A DNA stretch of 64,000 nucleotides, from contig NC_045697.1 of the NCBI RefSeq assembly GCF_009834535.1, forward strand, positions 23,066,001 to 23,130,000, read 5' to 3'. Source of the stretch: Camelus ferus (taxonomy: Eukaryota). Both the position numbers and the translations under genes were made by a program. The notes below the pieces were generated by a model. It had not been told where the DNA came from and ran no database searches. It saw only the letters and a list, made by a program, of their open reading frames with translations. Shown piece after piece: positions 51,025 through 64,000 of the stretch (the stretch's first letter is position 1; each line of letters opens with the position of its first letter).

Positions 51025-51240
51025 ACCACTTAATATTTATTAAACTCTGTTGAAATGTTCCATAACTACTAACTCATTCCTTTGTTCCAACAACATGGAG
51101 AGGTAAATGCTATTATAAACATATTTAACAGTAAAGAAACTGATTATCAGAGAAGTTAAATTATTTGCTCAAGGGCACGGTGAGAAATTAGCAGAGACAA
51201 GACTAAAACCCGTGCACGTTAGAACCCTTCTCTCAACCAG
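51025..51240 (-). mobile_element. MIR SINE
   Basis: 'aaagaaactgattatcagagaagttaaattatttgctcaagggcac'. Confidence 0.6.
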
Positions 51241-54200
51241 TGAACAAAACACACCTATTAAAAATGATTTAATGACAGAATACACAAGATGTACAAACAG
51301 TTCCCTGATGCCTCAGAAAAACCATCAGCTCTGGTGAAGGCTTTCAGAGAGGTCATAACTGAGTAAAACGAATGCATAGGAGTTTGTAAGGGAAAGAAAG
51401 TAGCATATTCTAGACACAAAAGACACAGCATGTACAAATGCAAGGCCATGTGAGACAAGTGGGCTTGATCAGGAAAGGTGGGGAATTGTGTAGGAAGAGT
51501 GGTGGGGCAGAAACTAAGGGGGTGTGGGTGGGAGAAAAAGTCAGAAGCCCAGTGAGTCATCTGTGTAATGATATATTTGTGACCATCTGTGTGATGTCTT
51601 TACCAAACACTAAACTTTAAGTGCCCTGAAGGCAGGGAACTGTTCTGTATTTTACTCTATTCCCAGCATCTATCTCAAGGTCTCCTGCTTCTCAATCAAT
51701 ATATATTAAGTGAATGAATGAGTGATGTAGCTATGGCTTGATGGATGCTGTGGAGTTAGATTCCATAAGGCCAAGAAGGTTCTGTGAATTTCTTTTGAAG
51801 GTTCTTTATTGACAAATGAGAATGACAAGATTGCACTTTTTTGTTTGTTTGGTGTTTTTAGAAACAGAACTCCAGGAGTAGTTTTGAAGGAGCCTCTTTT
51901 GGAGATAAATGATAATGTACACACAAATGGATGCTTCCACGATGTTTCTGCTGCTGAGTAAATCATGAAAAGCATTTTCTCCTCCATACAATGAGGGGAT
52001 GGGAGACCATCAGGTCATCACGCTTAGTAAGTGTGTGGCACATATTAGAGAGCACAGGTCTTACTGTGTTGAGCTGCATACAATGGGCAAGACTTGAGTG
52101 GTACAACGCCCATGGCTGGAGCCTGGAAAGGACAGGGAGTTTAAGCAGACGCCTTTTATCAAAAAAACCACACAAGCAACATCAGAGTGGTTATACTTGA
52201 CTTATTCCCAGGTTAGGATAAGGAAGAGGATGACTTTAGCACTTTGAATAAGTCTGAGAATTTTCCTGAGGAAAGTACCACTATCCAAAATCTTTGAAAA
52301 CAGAATTCATCGTCTGGGCCATAGACCTCCTCATTCCAGCAATTTCCTTATATGGTGCATAAAAATCCTACTTTGCCGAACTGGGAGACTTAGTCCATTC
52401 CAAATCCCAACTCTTCTAACAATAGCTAAGGAAACTAGGGTCTCCAAAAGGCAATAGATGAACCCAGTAGGAGAAAAATTCCAAATGCTTTCAATGAAGT
52501 GAGTTTTAAGAACATGGTATTTTAGGATTCAAAGCATAAATTGTTTTCCAAAAAGAAACTCTTCTTTAATAAAGTTACAATGTAAAACACTTTATTCCTG
52601 TCTTCTAAACATACAAGCAAAAAATAATGAGTAAAATTGATAATAATATTAATCCTAGAAGAGGAATTTATACTTTATAGAATACCTGTTTTTATAGTAT
52701 CCTCCCAGACAACCTGTAAATCTGCAGTCCTGTGTAATGACTCTTCTTATTGTGTAAAAGACAACACTGAACAGAGCAGTAAGTTTCACATGATGCATCC
52801 CAAGTTACAAAATCATGGCATATTTTAGAACTAAATATCTAATTTAAATACCTCTCAAAGGACTCGAATATCTTTTTCTGTCTCTTAACTCTGACTTCTG
52901 CTCCTCATCAGCACATACTTTAAATGGTGGTGTTCTCCTGGAGCTCTGATACACACTTAGCATGTGAAACCTTTGGCACTGCTCACAGGACCGGCAGCTG
53001 GAGTTCTTCTGGCTTGACACGTCTCAACAGCTGCTCTCAGAATTATTGAAGCCAGACTCTTCCCCCTTCTACGTCTGCTCTTCTTGGGAACTGTTGATAT
53101 CATGCTATCTTTCCTGCAAAAGCTGCTCTGCATCTTTCCATAATTAATGTACTTACAGTAAGGTTCCAACTTAACTCTTCCTTAACCACCTTCTCTCCTT
53201 TCTTCTCCTTCCCCAGTAACACCTAGTGGTGTTGTGTGTACTTCCATTTTGTTTTCCAGGAAGAAGTCTTCTCATCTTGGTGCTGAGACCATTATTGCTT
53301 CCCAGTGTCTGTGCATTTCTTATTAGTGTATTTAGCACACCATTAGCTTCTTACTTGAAGCTGACAAAATGATTTCTCTTGCTCTGAATTTTCCTTTCAT
53401 AAACTTGTGCTAGTAAAGTACTGAGGCCATATTTTCTCTGCAATCTCTCATCATATATTTTGAAAACTATACCAAACAATTTTTTTAAGAGACAGTACAC
53501 ACATAGCAAATGAGACATGTCATGATGGTGACATTGAGAAGCTGCTCTGAGAGTCTGAGGAGTGGGGAATAATCCAGGCCTGGGGTGTTCAAGGAAGGTG
53601 TGGACAAGGCGCATTTTAGATCAGTCTTGAATAAACTTATAGTCGTGCTGCTCATTTAACACTTAGTTGGGTGGATAATGAAGAGTCTGAAAAATTAGTA
53701 TTATTTTGGTCCCCAGGACCTGAGGAATCTCTGGTTAAGAGCTATCATGCATTCAATGCACAATAAATATTTGCTGATTAAATGAATCCACTAGTACAGT
53801 TCAATTTAGTTCTCTTCTGATAGAATAGAAAATGTAATTTTTGTGTAGGAAACAATTGCTCCGATGAGACCACTCGTATTGAGTGATGGGAATGAAGATA
53901 AAAAGTCATCTTTTAAATGAAAAAGTTATAAAAATCAGTTTATAATGAATGAGATACATATCCACAGAACTGCTTGTCCTCCGGGAATGATCTGTAATAG
54001 TGAACTTTATTCATAATTTGCTGTTTATTAAGCTATTGTGCCAAACTTTTCACATTCACATTCCCACTGATGTTCAGAGCAAACGTATATGGTACCGCCT
54101 GACACCGTCCTCATTTACAAATGAAGGGAGGCAGGTGTAGTGAGGCACAGACATTCGCACTTGATCCACACGGGAAATATATTCGACCTCCACTTTTAAT

Positions 54201-55169
54201 CTCAGGGATAATGTACTTTGAAGAAGATAGTGTCTAGAATATAACAAAACAGAAACAACAAAAAAACTTTATCTTCATTTTGTTCCTGCTCACCTGAGAA
54301 GCATCTGTGAAGCCTGTGTTCAGCAGAGAAAATTTAGAGATTGGCAAGTAAAGTTCCTACGAGCTATTATCAAAGCCAGTGGAGAAGAGGAGCTTTGTTC
54401 TGATCCTAGAAAAGCCCTAGTTTTGTCAGTGAGGATATCCTGAGTCTATGCAGGAGCATAAGGTAATCTATGTTAATTTATGAAATACACAGTTTAACAG
54501 AAAAATCATTAGAAATATCCTATTTCTTTTGTTTATATTATATTACCAATGAACACTTTGATAGGTTGGACATTCTTATGAACTTATTTTTAATTCTACT
54601 CATAAACACTGTGAATTATATTATCAAGCCATATGTTATATTTTGATTTTCGTGGTAAGCAAACTCAAATTTCTAACTGTATATTTTTTGACATCTAAAA
54701 TTTAGTTTCTTGAGATCTTGGTTATTTGATCTGCCAACTATATGCCTAGACAGGGCTATAAAGACATTTTTTCTTTGGTAACTTTTGACCTTTGACCACA
54801 AAGATACTATTTCTCAAACTTCTTTTGGCTACTTGAGACATTAAATATTTCATATATATAACAATGTATCCCAGCAACACATCCCAACAATGAATTTCAA
54901 AAGGTCATTCCTACTGCTCAGTACTTTGGTTTTAAGTAAAACTGCAATAGAAAATGTTTATAAAACGTTTTAAGTGTTAACTACAGATATCACAACACCT
55001 TTTTTAACTTAACCTAAGTTGAATATATTTTTATCTTATTTTTAAAAAAGTACACATTTTCAGAATTACTTTATTTCTTCAATTCTTACTTCTTGCTTAT
55101 GGCTAATCAACCTAATTAAGAAGAGGCTTTTTTTTTAACATATTAAATGTGTTCTTTGGAAATATACAA

Positions 55170-55500
55170 TATGCTACTCTAATGGACTGAATCATAACAT
55201 AGATGATTCTAACAAACATAATGTAGAACTAAGTCAGACAGGCACCAGAGAATGCATACCTAGGATTCCACTCATATAGAAAGTTCCAAAACCAGCAAAA
55301 CTATTGCTTATCCTTGAGGAGTATGTAGGGACGAGGTGAAGGCTTTAGAGACGTTTTGAGAATCCTGGTGATATTTTCTTTCTTGATCTGCATTCTAGTT
55401 ACAAGGGTGTTGGTAATTTGTGAAGATCCGTCAAGCTGTATGTACTTGTGATGTTTGCACATGCTTGTATGCTTGTGATACTTCAGTAAAAAGCTGGAAA
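55170..55500 (+). mobile_element. Old L1ME-type 3' end
   Basis: 'aacatagatgattctaacaaacataatg', 'taggattccactcatatagaaagttc', 'ttcttgatctgcattctagttacaaggg'. Confidence 0.6.
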
Positions 55501-57019
55501 TCTCCACAAATTGTCTATAGAAGATTAGACAGAGCTGAAGAGAAAATTAGTAGAATAAATATAAATATAAGGAATTCTGAGTTTATAGCACAAGGACTCA
55601 AAGAAAGAAAATTATGAACGAAGTCTTACAAGAAACTGAAAAGAAAGTGAGAATTCTACAATTACACATACTCCATTCTAATCTGCCTTTGTTACTTCTC
55701 CCATCAAGGCATAGAGTCTAGTCTGTCTCGGCAGGCATTTGGTATGTCCCTAGGACATGCTTTGACCAACAGAATGTGGCAAAAATGACACTGCTTACTT
55801 TCAAGTCTACTATTTGGAAAGCCTTGCAATCAAGTAGTCTCTAAGCTGCAAGCTGCTGTTAGGTCAACTTGTCACACTTCCACAGACTTAGTCAGTAAGG
55901 AGACAACCGGACCCAATGGTTTTAGACAGTTCATACTTCTAGAGCGGCAGGCAGCTTGAACTTCACGCTCTCACAGCCTAAGTCCCACAGGGGTGATTCA
56001 ACAGGGGCCTTGGTGAATTCTGAACACACGGCTAATCTGTTTCCTGCTTTGGAAATCCACAGTCTCATCAGGTGATGCTACAAAACTTGCCTACACTTCA
56101 CTCCAAAGGAGACATTGTATTTGTTACTTTGGGATTTAAGAAAGTCTTCCCTGAGAGCAAAGTACTATCTTACCCTTACACTTTAGACAAAGGGTCTTAA
56201 GTTGTCTATAAATGCCATCCATGTAGCAGTGTCAGGGATTCAGGGAGGATTGTCTCTCAGCAGCAATGTCTGAATGCTTCTACATTCATGTAAAAAGGAC
56301 CAGTCTAGCATCTCGAGGATGAAAGGGCATGGCGGGAAATCTGGAGCCGTTCCATCTGCAGACTCTTATAAACAAGTGGAAGAAACTCTCAGCTGAATTC
56401 AGCTCAAGTTGCTGACTCACATATGGTGAGTAAAAAACTAAGTGTTTGAATGATTTGTCACACAGCATTAGTAGCTGAAAAAAAATACAGAGTTAAGAAT
56501 CACAGGAAAAAATATATCTCAAGCACAGATGGCTACTTTGAAGAATAGTTATGGGTTGTTTGGTACAAAGTGATTATCAATAATCTCATTCTTCTTCTGA
56601 CAATTTTTGTAAAGATACTTTCCAGAAGCTATTTGGAAAAATATCTGTTCCTGTATGTAAAACATTTTACATTCTGATTAGTCAATGGTTCTTTATTATA
56701 AGTGGCTAAGTATAACTAATGAAACACATTTTTATAGATATAAGTATTTTTTTCAATTTTTTTCATTAAGATTTTGAACCAATAAGAGATGTCATTAGAG
56801 TATACCTCCCAAGCCTATGCACATACTTGTTAATAATTCCTGCATTTGTTTGATATGAACCCGGTGAGTTCAGCTGTGAATTTTTTTTTCTTTTGGTTTG
56901 TGGTTGAATGAAGTGGAATACTTGAATCTTATCATTATGGAGAATGTTCATTTATTCAACAACCGTGCATTGTCCATAATTAGCAAATAACACTAGATGA
57001 AAAATGAATAGCCCGCAAG

Positions 57020-57480
57020 ACCCTCCTCTGTCTCTATGGCCTTCCCTTCATTGTACTCTCCTTCAGTCACTCTGCTTCTACCATCTTAGCCTCCTTACTG
57101 TTTTTTAGTGACAGAAGGTTGTCCCTTTTTCCTGAAATGTTCTGCTTCAGTACAACTGCATGACAGGCTTCCTTTTATCTTTCAGCCCTTTGGTCAAACA
57201 TCACTGCATCAAGAACTCACTCCTTAACCACCCAGCTTAACATGCATCACTCCCTAAATCACAATTTCACATTTTTTCCCATGGCACTTTATCACCATTA
57301 ACAGATAATTTTTTAAAAAGTGTTTCATTTTTTCCCCTTATTATCTGTCTTTCTTCCTGAAAATAAGCCTCAAAAAGGCATTTAAAAAATTAGTGTAAAG
57401 TTCTTAGTGCTTGAAACAGTTCCTAAGTCATAGCAGGTGCACAAAAATATTTGTTGAATGAATGAATGCATGAATTAAAA
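57020..57480 (+). mobile_element. L2 3' end
   Basis: Ends 'aaatatttgttgaatgaatgaatg' (L2 tail). Confidence 0.7.
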
Positions 57481-57920
57481 TGTACAACCAGACTCTGATT
57501 TCTAAAAAGAATTTCCAATACTATAGTGGCTTATAATAAAGTTTTATTTATCACATTATCTAGGGGATCTGATCCATGTTTTCTCACTCCTGCAGCTAAT
57601 GGAGCCTCCATCATCAGACACATCGCCTGCCAATATGGCAAGGAAACAGGGATTAAGCAAACTCACACTGATTCTTAAACTCTCCCACTCGGAAATAATG
57701 AATAGAAAATTCAATCACATTTCATTGTCCACAGGTAGGTAGGTTGTATCCACCATGTGCCAAAAGAAGACTGGCTGTGATAATGGGAGAGATGGTGTTT
57801 GTATAGGGTGGCTAGGGAGGGCCTCTTTGAGAGAGAATAGCATTTGAACTGAGTTTAGGTTTTTTGCTGGAGGCCAACAACCAGGGTATTCTAAAACATG
57901 ATTTAGATCCCAGTTCTGTG

Positions 57921-58436
57921 TGTGAATGAAAAATATTGCCAGCCATATCGGTAAACAAAGAATGCTGAGGCCATTAAGTCATCAGCTGCTACTGCCACCC
58001 CATAGTGAGCAGAAGGAGCTCAGAATGCAGACAAGCAGGCAGCCAGCCTCTGCAGCCACCCCCAGCGGTGCACCCTAAGGGAACTCATGATGTGAAAGAA
58101 CAGGAGACTGACCCTAGATAGCTAGGTGCATATAAAAGGAATGATTTCAGTGAGCCTGGAACTTTGCACCTTCCCTAAAACAGAAAAGTGCTAAATTCTT
58201 TAACTTGAGATGTCTGGTTTTCTTTAACTAACAGTAATCTTTTGATGTTCTGACTACCTGGTCTTTGTTGTAAAAAAAAATCCTATATATCCTGGCTCCT
58301 CCCTTACCTCTTCAGAGCAATTTGAAGGTAGTTCAGAGCTATCTGAGAGGCTGTCATCCTGGGCTGAGTCCTCAGAAAGTTTGCTGAATAAAACATAACT
58401 CTCAACTTTCAGGTTGAGCATTTTATTTCAGTCGAA
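57921..58436 (+). mobile_element. Third, more diverged member of the 3446/4005 LTR family, inserted in a MIR
   Basis: TGTGAATGAAAAATATTGC start; 'cctatatatcc'; 'gaataaaacataactctcaactttcagg'; MIR sequence on both sides; 3' CA and TSD not clean. Confidence 0.85.
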
Positions 58437-60954
58437 CTATATTATCTGTGAAAAATTAATAGAGCTACCCTTACCTCTTAGAGTTTACTGCGTTAAATAA
58501 TTCATATGGCACACTTAACCCAGTGTCTGAAAAATAGTAAATCCTCAAAAATGTTACTCATTATTAATATAATTATCACTGACATTTAAAATCATTTTGA
58601 ATTAAATGGTAAGTCTTCCTTAAAATAATGAAATACGAAAGTATATGATATCTAAAGGGACTGGATCAGTGTTTAGGTGGATTTTGTCAGAAAGACCATC
58701 CACGGTTGTAGGATCATCTTGTAAGAAATAAATTTTGAGCCATGTTTGGTTGAAACACTGGTACATGATTGGCATGTAAGATGTGTAATGCTCTTGAAAT
58801 CAGAGCAATAATGGGAGAGTACATGGAACATATTGAAGCAAGTGAATTCTCAAACACCAAGCAGCTAAGCTCTGCTAGAAATACGGCATCAAATTTGTAT
58901 TCATAATTTATATTTTATAACCCACCTGCTACCAACAGTAGCCTGAGGTATTAGGAGAAATATATTGCTCAGTAATAACAGTTAATGCCAGAGACAGAGA
59001 AAGTCAACAAAGGACCATCCTTGATTACTTTGAAGTAGATTACGAATTTTAAAAAGGTGGCCACGTGTGGGCATGTACTATAAGCTGCAATGCTTTGAAA
59101 AAAGATTAATATGGTAATATCAGTAACTGTATAATGCCAAAGTAGTGACTACCAATGAGGAAGAAAAATCACTGTTATTGGACTATAGGAGGAAATTACA
59201 GGAGAAGAAGCCCGTAAAGATAGTTTGGAGGAAATTTTGATTTGATGCATTTACAATGAAGAAAGGTGATGATGAATTCACACACAGAAGTAAATAAATA
59301 GAAGAAGTAAAACTCTCTCTAACATCCTGTGCCTCTTGTATTGTTTTATCCTCAATAATCAAAGTTTAAGATAATTAGGCATGTTGGTTAAACACATACT
59401 ATTCATTAATAAAGTAATTACCATAGATTTCCAGAGTAAGGTAAGAGTCTATATCTTAATACCTGATTTATTATGCAAGGACATTACGTTCTTTAACTCC
59501 TTATTGCAACTCATGAGCATTGCTGGAATTTGGCTCACAGAATTACCGGAAAGACTACTTGAAGTTATGTTACACAAAAAGGAGTTAAGAAGCTGATTGC
59601 TTATAATCATATGATACCAATGAGTGTTTCACTAACACTGATTATTAAGGAGCACAGTGTGACTTACGTTTCCATTTTCACTTAACACGTTTTATCTACG
59701 TGTTTAGTTGTTTATGGATATGAGAATTTATTTAGCCATTCACTGAGATCTCAGTTGTAGCTCTGACATTCCTGACTTATCTGAGCTTTTTCCACCTCAA
59801 GTTTAAGGGAAAAGAAAAATTACCATTCCTCAAGGCACTAAATTACTTTCAGTGTTACAATTTCTAGTCCTTTGTCTCTCCTTGATTCTCTGACATTTTT
59901 GTCATGTCTCCTCTTTGTAGTGCACTTAAGCAGAGCTATTTTGATTAAATGACTCCCCAAGAGGATGGCGATTATAATACAATAGTCTTGCAAACAGGTT
60001 ACTCTTGAGTACATATTGCCATTATGCAGTGCAGATATAACATCAGTATTTCATAAATGCATGTTTCTATGAAATCTGCCAAGTAGATGAATATCTCTTT
60101 CATTGTTCCTGACATCACTGACTTATAAATAATAAAGTGAAGCTCAAATTGTTTATTTGCAATGGAACAGCTCTGAGAGAAATTTCAGTTATCAATGATA
60201 TAGTAACCTCAAGAAAAGACAGGAACTTTAAAATTACAGTGAACACCATCTGAAATAATTCCCCTTAAATTGGGCAATTGCTCAAAATTGCCATAAATCA
60301 ATTCTCCAAATCCAATAGAGATAAAATGAGTGGTGAGTACATTCTTACTCAATTCACTTTTTTTTTTTTTTAGATTCAATCTGCTTCAGTGTTTTGGAAT
60401 TAAGATCACACTAGATGACTAGATGGGTGAAGTAATTACCAATTAGCACAGTTTCACCAGGGCAGGGCCCTTCACTACTTGTCAGATTCTTTATTCGTCT
60501 GAGACATTGGTTTGTACTTTTTTAGAACAGCTCCCAGGAGCAGTATTCTTCCTTCCTTATGTCAAATGATCACTATCGTTACACACTTGGAAAACTTCAG
60601 ATATTAAAGTAAAACATGGGGAAATTTAATTGTCTTAAGAATTGGACTTTTAAAGTAAAATAAAGCCAAAAACAGAATTTTTATCAGTGTGATTAATTAT
60701 GAATCTCTTCCCACTTTTCATGTAGTTAGCATTTTAGTAAAGATCATTGTTTGTTAAATCTTTAGCACATAAAAGGCCAATGAAGCCTGAGTTCAGTTTT
60801 AAAATTCCCATTTTATATAACTAACTTACTCCCCTGGCTTCAGAAAAATTAAAAATTCTTAAACAGATTAAAATGTAAGCAAAGCTACAAAGTTTCATTT
60901 ATGCCAGAATAATAAATTCTATAGATCAAATATATGACAGTGTGACTATATCCT

Positions 60955-61127
60955 TGAAATACACACAAAAAATAGGGAAATAGTAGCTACATGAGGTGAT
61001 GGATAAGTTAATTAGCTTTCTAGTGGTGAATATTTTACTACATATGCATATCGAATCATCAAGTTGTACACTTAAATATATACCATGTTTACCTGTCAGT
61101 TATACCTCAGTAAAGCTGGGAAAAATT
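60955..61127 (+). mobile_element. Short L1MA/MB 3' end
   Basis: 'tagctacatgaggtgatggataagttaattagc..gtcagttatacctcagtaaagctgggaaaaa'. Confidence 0.7.
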
Positions 61128-63594
61128 AAAGTAAGGGAAGCTGTAAGTCAGTGACAAAGTACAACAAACTTATTTCTTTGAGGAACAAATCACTCAAACT
61201 ATTCTGTGATGCATATTTTCTCAAAATGCTTCCTTCTGAAAGACAAAAGTCCACAAGTCCTTTTAAGTGTATTAATTTGAGCAGAACCTGGTGGTTGGTT
61301 TTGAGAGAATAACACACTTTGTTAAGAAGTTAAGAACTTAGATTTTCTTTTTTTTTTTAATCTCCTTCTTGGGTTAGGGCTAACAACAGAAACCAAAGAG
61401 AATGACAACAGAACTGCAGAGCTAGTTATAGGAAATAAAGACGTATCTTTGATCATTTAGCCAATTAAAGCTAAAAATAAAATCTGGAGGTTTATTTTAC
61501 TTGCTATTTTCTTTTACCTAAAACTAGTAAGTTCATTGTGGCTGTGTATCTATCTAATTTTACATAATTTTTTTTGTCTGGAAGGACATACTTTACTTAT
61601 TAAATAAGGCATTTCCAAATTTTCAGCAATTTAGGGAAAGGAAAGTGAATAAGCATTCAGATTTTTCCACTGCAATAAATGCCAAGTACATTTAACTAAA
61701 ACATTTGAAACGTACACTTAGTTTCTATAATTTTCTGAACTGTGATTCTATATTAATGATGAATAAGATCAATAGTAAGGTGGAGAAAGTAGCTGCCTCA
61801 AGGATAAATTTATTTATTTTTATTTATTTATTTTTGAAAAAAAAATTAAAAGAAAAGGCTTCTGTATCCTAGATTCAACCCAGTTGACAGGCCAATACCG
61901 AAACCGATTAACTTCACTTTCATCAATCCTTCATCATTTTCCCTGTGATCCCATAGCTATTACAGTCTCTTTTGACTTGACCAAACAAGAAAACTGAAAA
62001 AGAACATTTACAGTATATCTAAATTAATGAAACCAGGGGTAGAAAAAGAAGCACTGTGCCACTTGAGATATTTTTGTTCTCATAAAAGATAGAGGTGCTC
62101 ATGAGGTCAAGAGCTCTTTTGGTTATAACTTCCAAGCATTCTAGCAATAAGAAAAAAAAATTCTATATTTTACCGTACTTCTTAAAATTCTTCTTTTTTT
62201 TTAACTATTCTATTTGTAGCACTCTTGAAAATACAATAGACACCAAAAAAAACAACTTTTGCTTTTCTCTTGACTGACTATAAAAATTCTGAATATTTTC
62301 AGAAAATCTCTTATCATTTTTCAGTTTGCTGTCAGTCTTTGTAAAATGACTACTGAAAATGTTCTGCATATTGTGTGTTTTAAGTATATTTTACACTTAT
62401 TTTCACATGAAAATTTTTTCTCTTATTTCATACCAACATTGAAATATGTCAAGAAAAATTTTAAATGTGTAGAAAATGGTATTAAAATTCATATATTGAG
62501 ATATTTATCATTTGATTTTCCATTGTCATTGTTAATTTCATGTTACTTTTAATCTTAGGTAAGATTTTATCTAATAAAATTTCATTCCCTATATAAAATA
62601 TGATGTAATGTCATTAACTTTATAGCAGAATTGTTTTAATATACTAATATTGCAAACCCAGAGTATTTAAAACTGTAGGACATTTATTCTAATGCTGTGA
62701 CTTTAAGATTTTTAATCTCTTTGGGTTTTAAAAAAAAACTATACCTTCAAATATTATCATGAATACACAAAGTTAAAAGTAAAAATCAAGGTTAGAAATG
62801 GAAGCTAAACTTACTAAAGTTTATACAAGTATCCTTTGCTCTAAATAAAATTGCGATTAAGTATCATTTCTTAGGGAAAAGAATTCACAGATGTTCTATC
62901 TGCTTAAGAATATCATTTTGATGCTGGTACTAATTGGTAGATTGTTTTTTGTTTTTCTCTCTTTCCATCCTCTTTTTTTCTTTTTTATTCTGAATACATA
63001 TGTATTCAATTACAGCAGAGTTATGTGAAATAATCCACGTTTCAGAAGAACTATTATTTCATAAGTGACAATATTTATTAGTTCCTATCACATTCAGAAT
63101 CTTTTTTTGTAAGTGAACATTCCTAGCATGTAAAACTATGTAGCAAAATAAAACACTTTTACAATATTATCAGTGTTACTGTTATTATTATAAAACTTTT
63201 ATAATATTGTGATACATTTAAAAATTAAGAAAACAATCACATCATATATGGCTATATTCTCAGTGAAATAACTCATTTTTCCACACATTTCCTTTCAGAC
63301 TCATCCCACATGCATTTTTACATTGTCACTTCCAGTTAATACTTTTGTTTTCATTTTACATTTGACCACAGATATTTTTTCCCTGTTTTCCAATTTCTAT
63401 TCCTGGCTTATGATCTTAACACTGATCTTTCAGTATTAAGGCTGTTACTCACCAGTTTGGCTCTGCTCATTTGGAGAATTCACGACTGCCCAGCCAGCCT
63501 CAGAGCAGCAGCATTCTTCCCCCACTCCCCCAACGTAAGTGACCATAGACATGCCCTACTGCTTTCCAGTTCAGGGTAAATTTTAGCCCACTGA

Positions 63595-64000
63595 TGTTGA
63601 AAGGTAGCAAAATATGCCACTTTGTTATATTGCTTATTTTGCGCTGAAGGCAGTTAAAAACTAGCAAGTACTGGGTGAGGGTTTTTTTTCTGAACTCTTC
63701 TTATCTGCCTAAAGACAGATTGACCAAAAGGCATTCAAGTTGTCATAAATTGCCTCCTGGGAGTTTCATCAACCAGGGTAGACTGACTCATCACAGGAGA
63801 GGAGACTAAACTTTGATACCACACCCAAACTTTGTCACAAACTATCATATCTCCCATCTGTTTTTCTAAGGGCCTGTTCATCTTTCCTAAAAATCATTTA
63901 CTCTCCTCTAGGAGGCCTATATCCTCTTCCTCCTTCCCAACAAGGTGTTTAAGCCTGAATTCTAAGCCACCTCTTTAAGTTACCAATTTTTCTTTAGGTA
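63595..64000 (+). mobile_element. MER34-like ERV1 LTR, running off the window end
   Basis: 'tgttgaaaggtagcaaaatatgccactttg..tattttgcgctgaaggca..aaactttgtcacaaactatca..tttcctaaaaatcatttac'. Confidence 0.65.

Noticed and set aside
1..64000. CRISPR array, operon or other prokaryote-type system
   Set aside because: No regularly spaced direct repeats or gene-dense ORFs; the sequence is mammalian repeat-rich non-coding DNA, and the other short ORFs in the track look like chance or repeat-derived frames.

Overview
AT-rich mammalian non-coding DNA (gene desert or large intron), most likely from a camelid: two tRNA-derived SINEs resemble the Camelidae Vic-1 family. I found no intact protein-coding gene. 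The only recognisable gene-derived sequence is a degraded, intronless UBXN6 (UBXD1) processed pseudogene at ~19.5-20.65 kb. The rest is interspersed repeats: class I ERV solo LTRs with 4-bp TSDs, ERVL-MaLR (MLT1) LTR/internal pieces, L1 3' ends, L2, MIR and hAT MITEs. The best observation is a head-to-head pair of same-family solo LTRs (3446-3932 minus, 4005-4493 plus) 72 bp apart whose TSDs are swapped and reverse-complemented. This indicates that the spacer was inverted by recombination between the LTRs. Other points: a dense solo-LTR cluster in the first 6.4 kb, two same-family LTRs 10 kb apart with the same CTTC TSD, a MER41-like LTR with a STAT-type site, an R-region stem-loop in a young LTR, and a perfect 46-bp palindrome next to a CpG-enriched unique block. 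Repeat family names come from recognition by eye, not a database search, and old-repeat boundaries are approximate.
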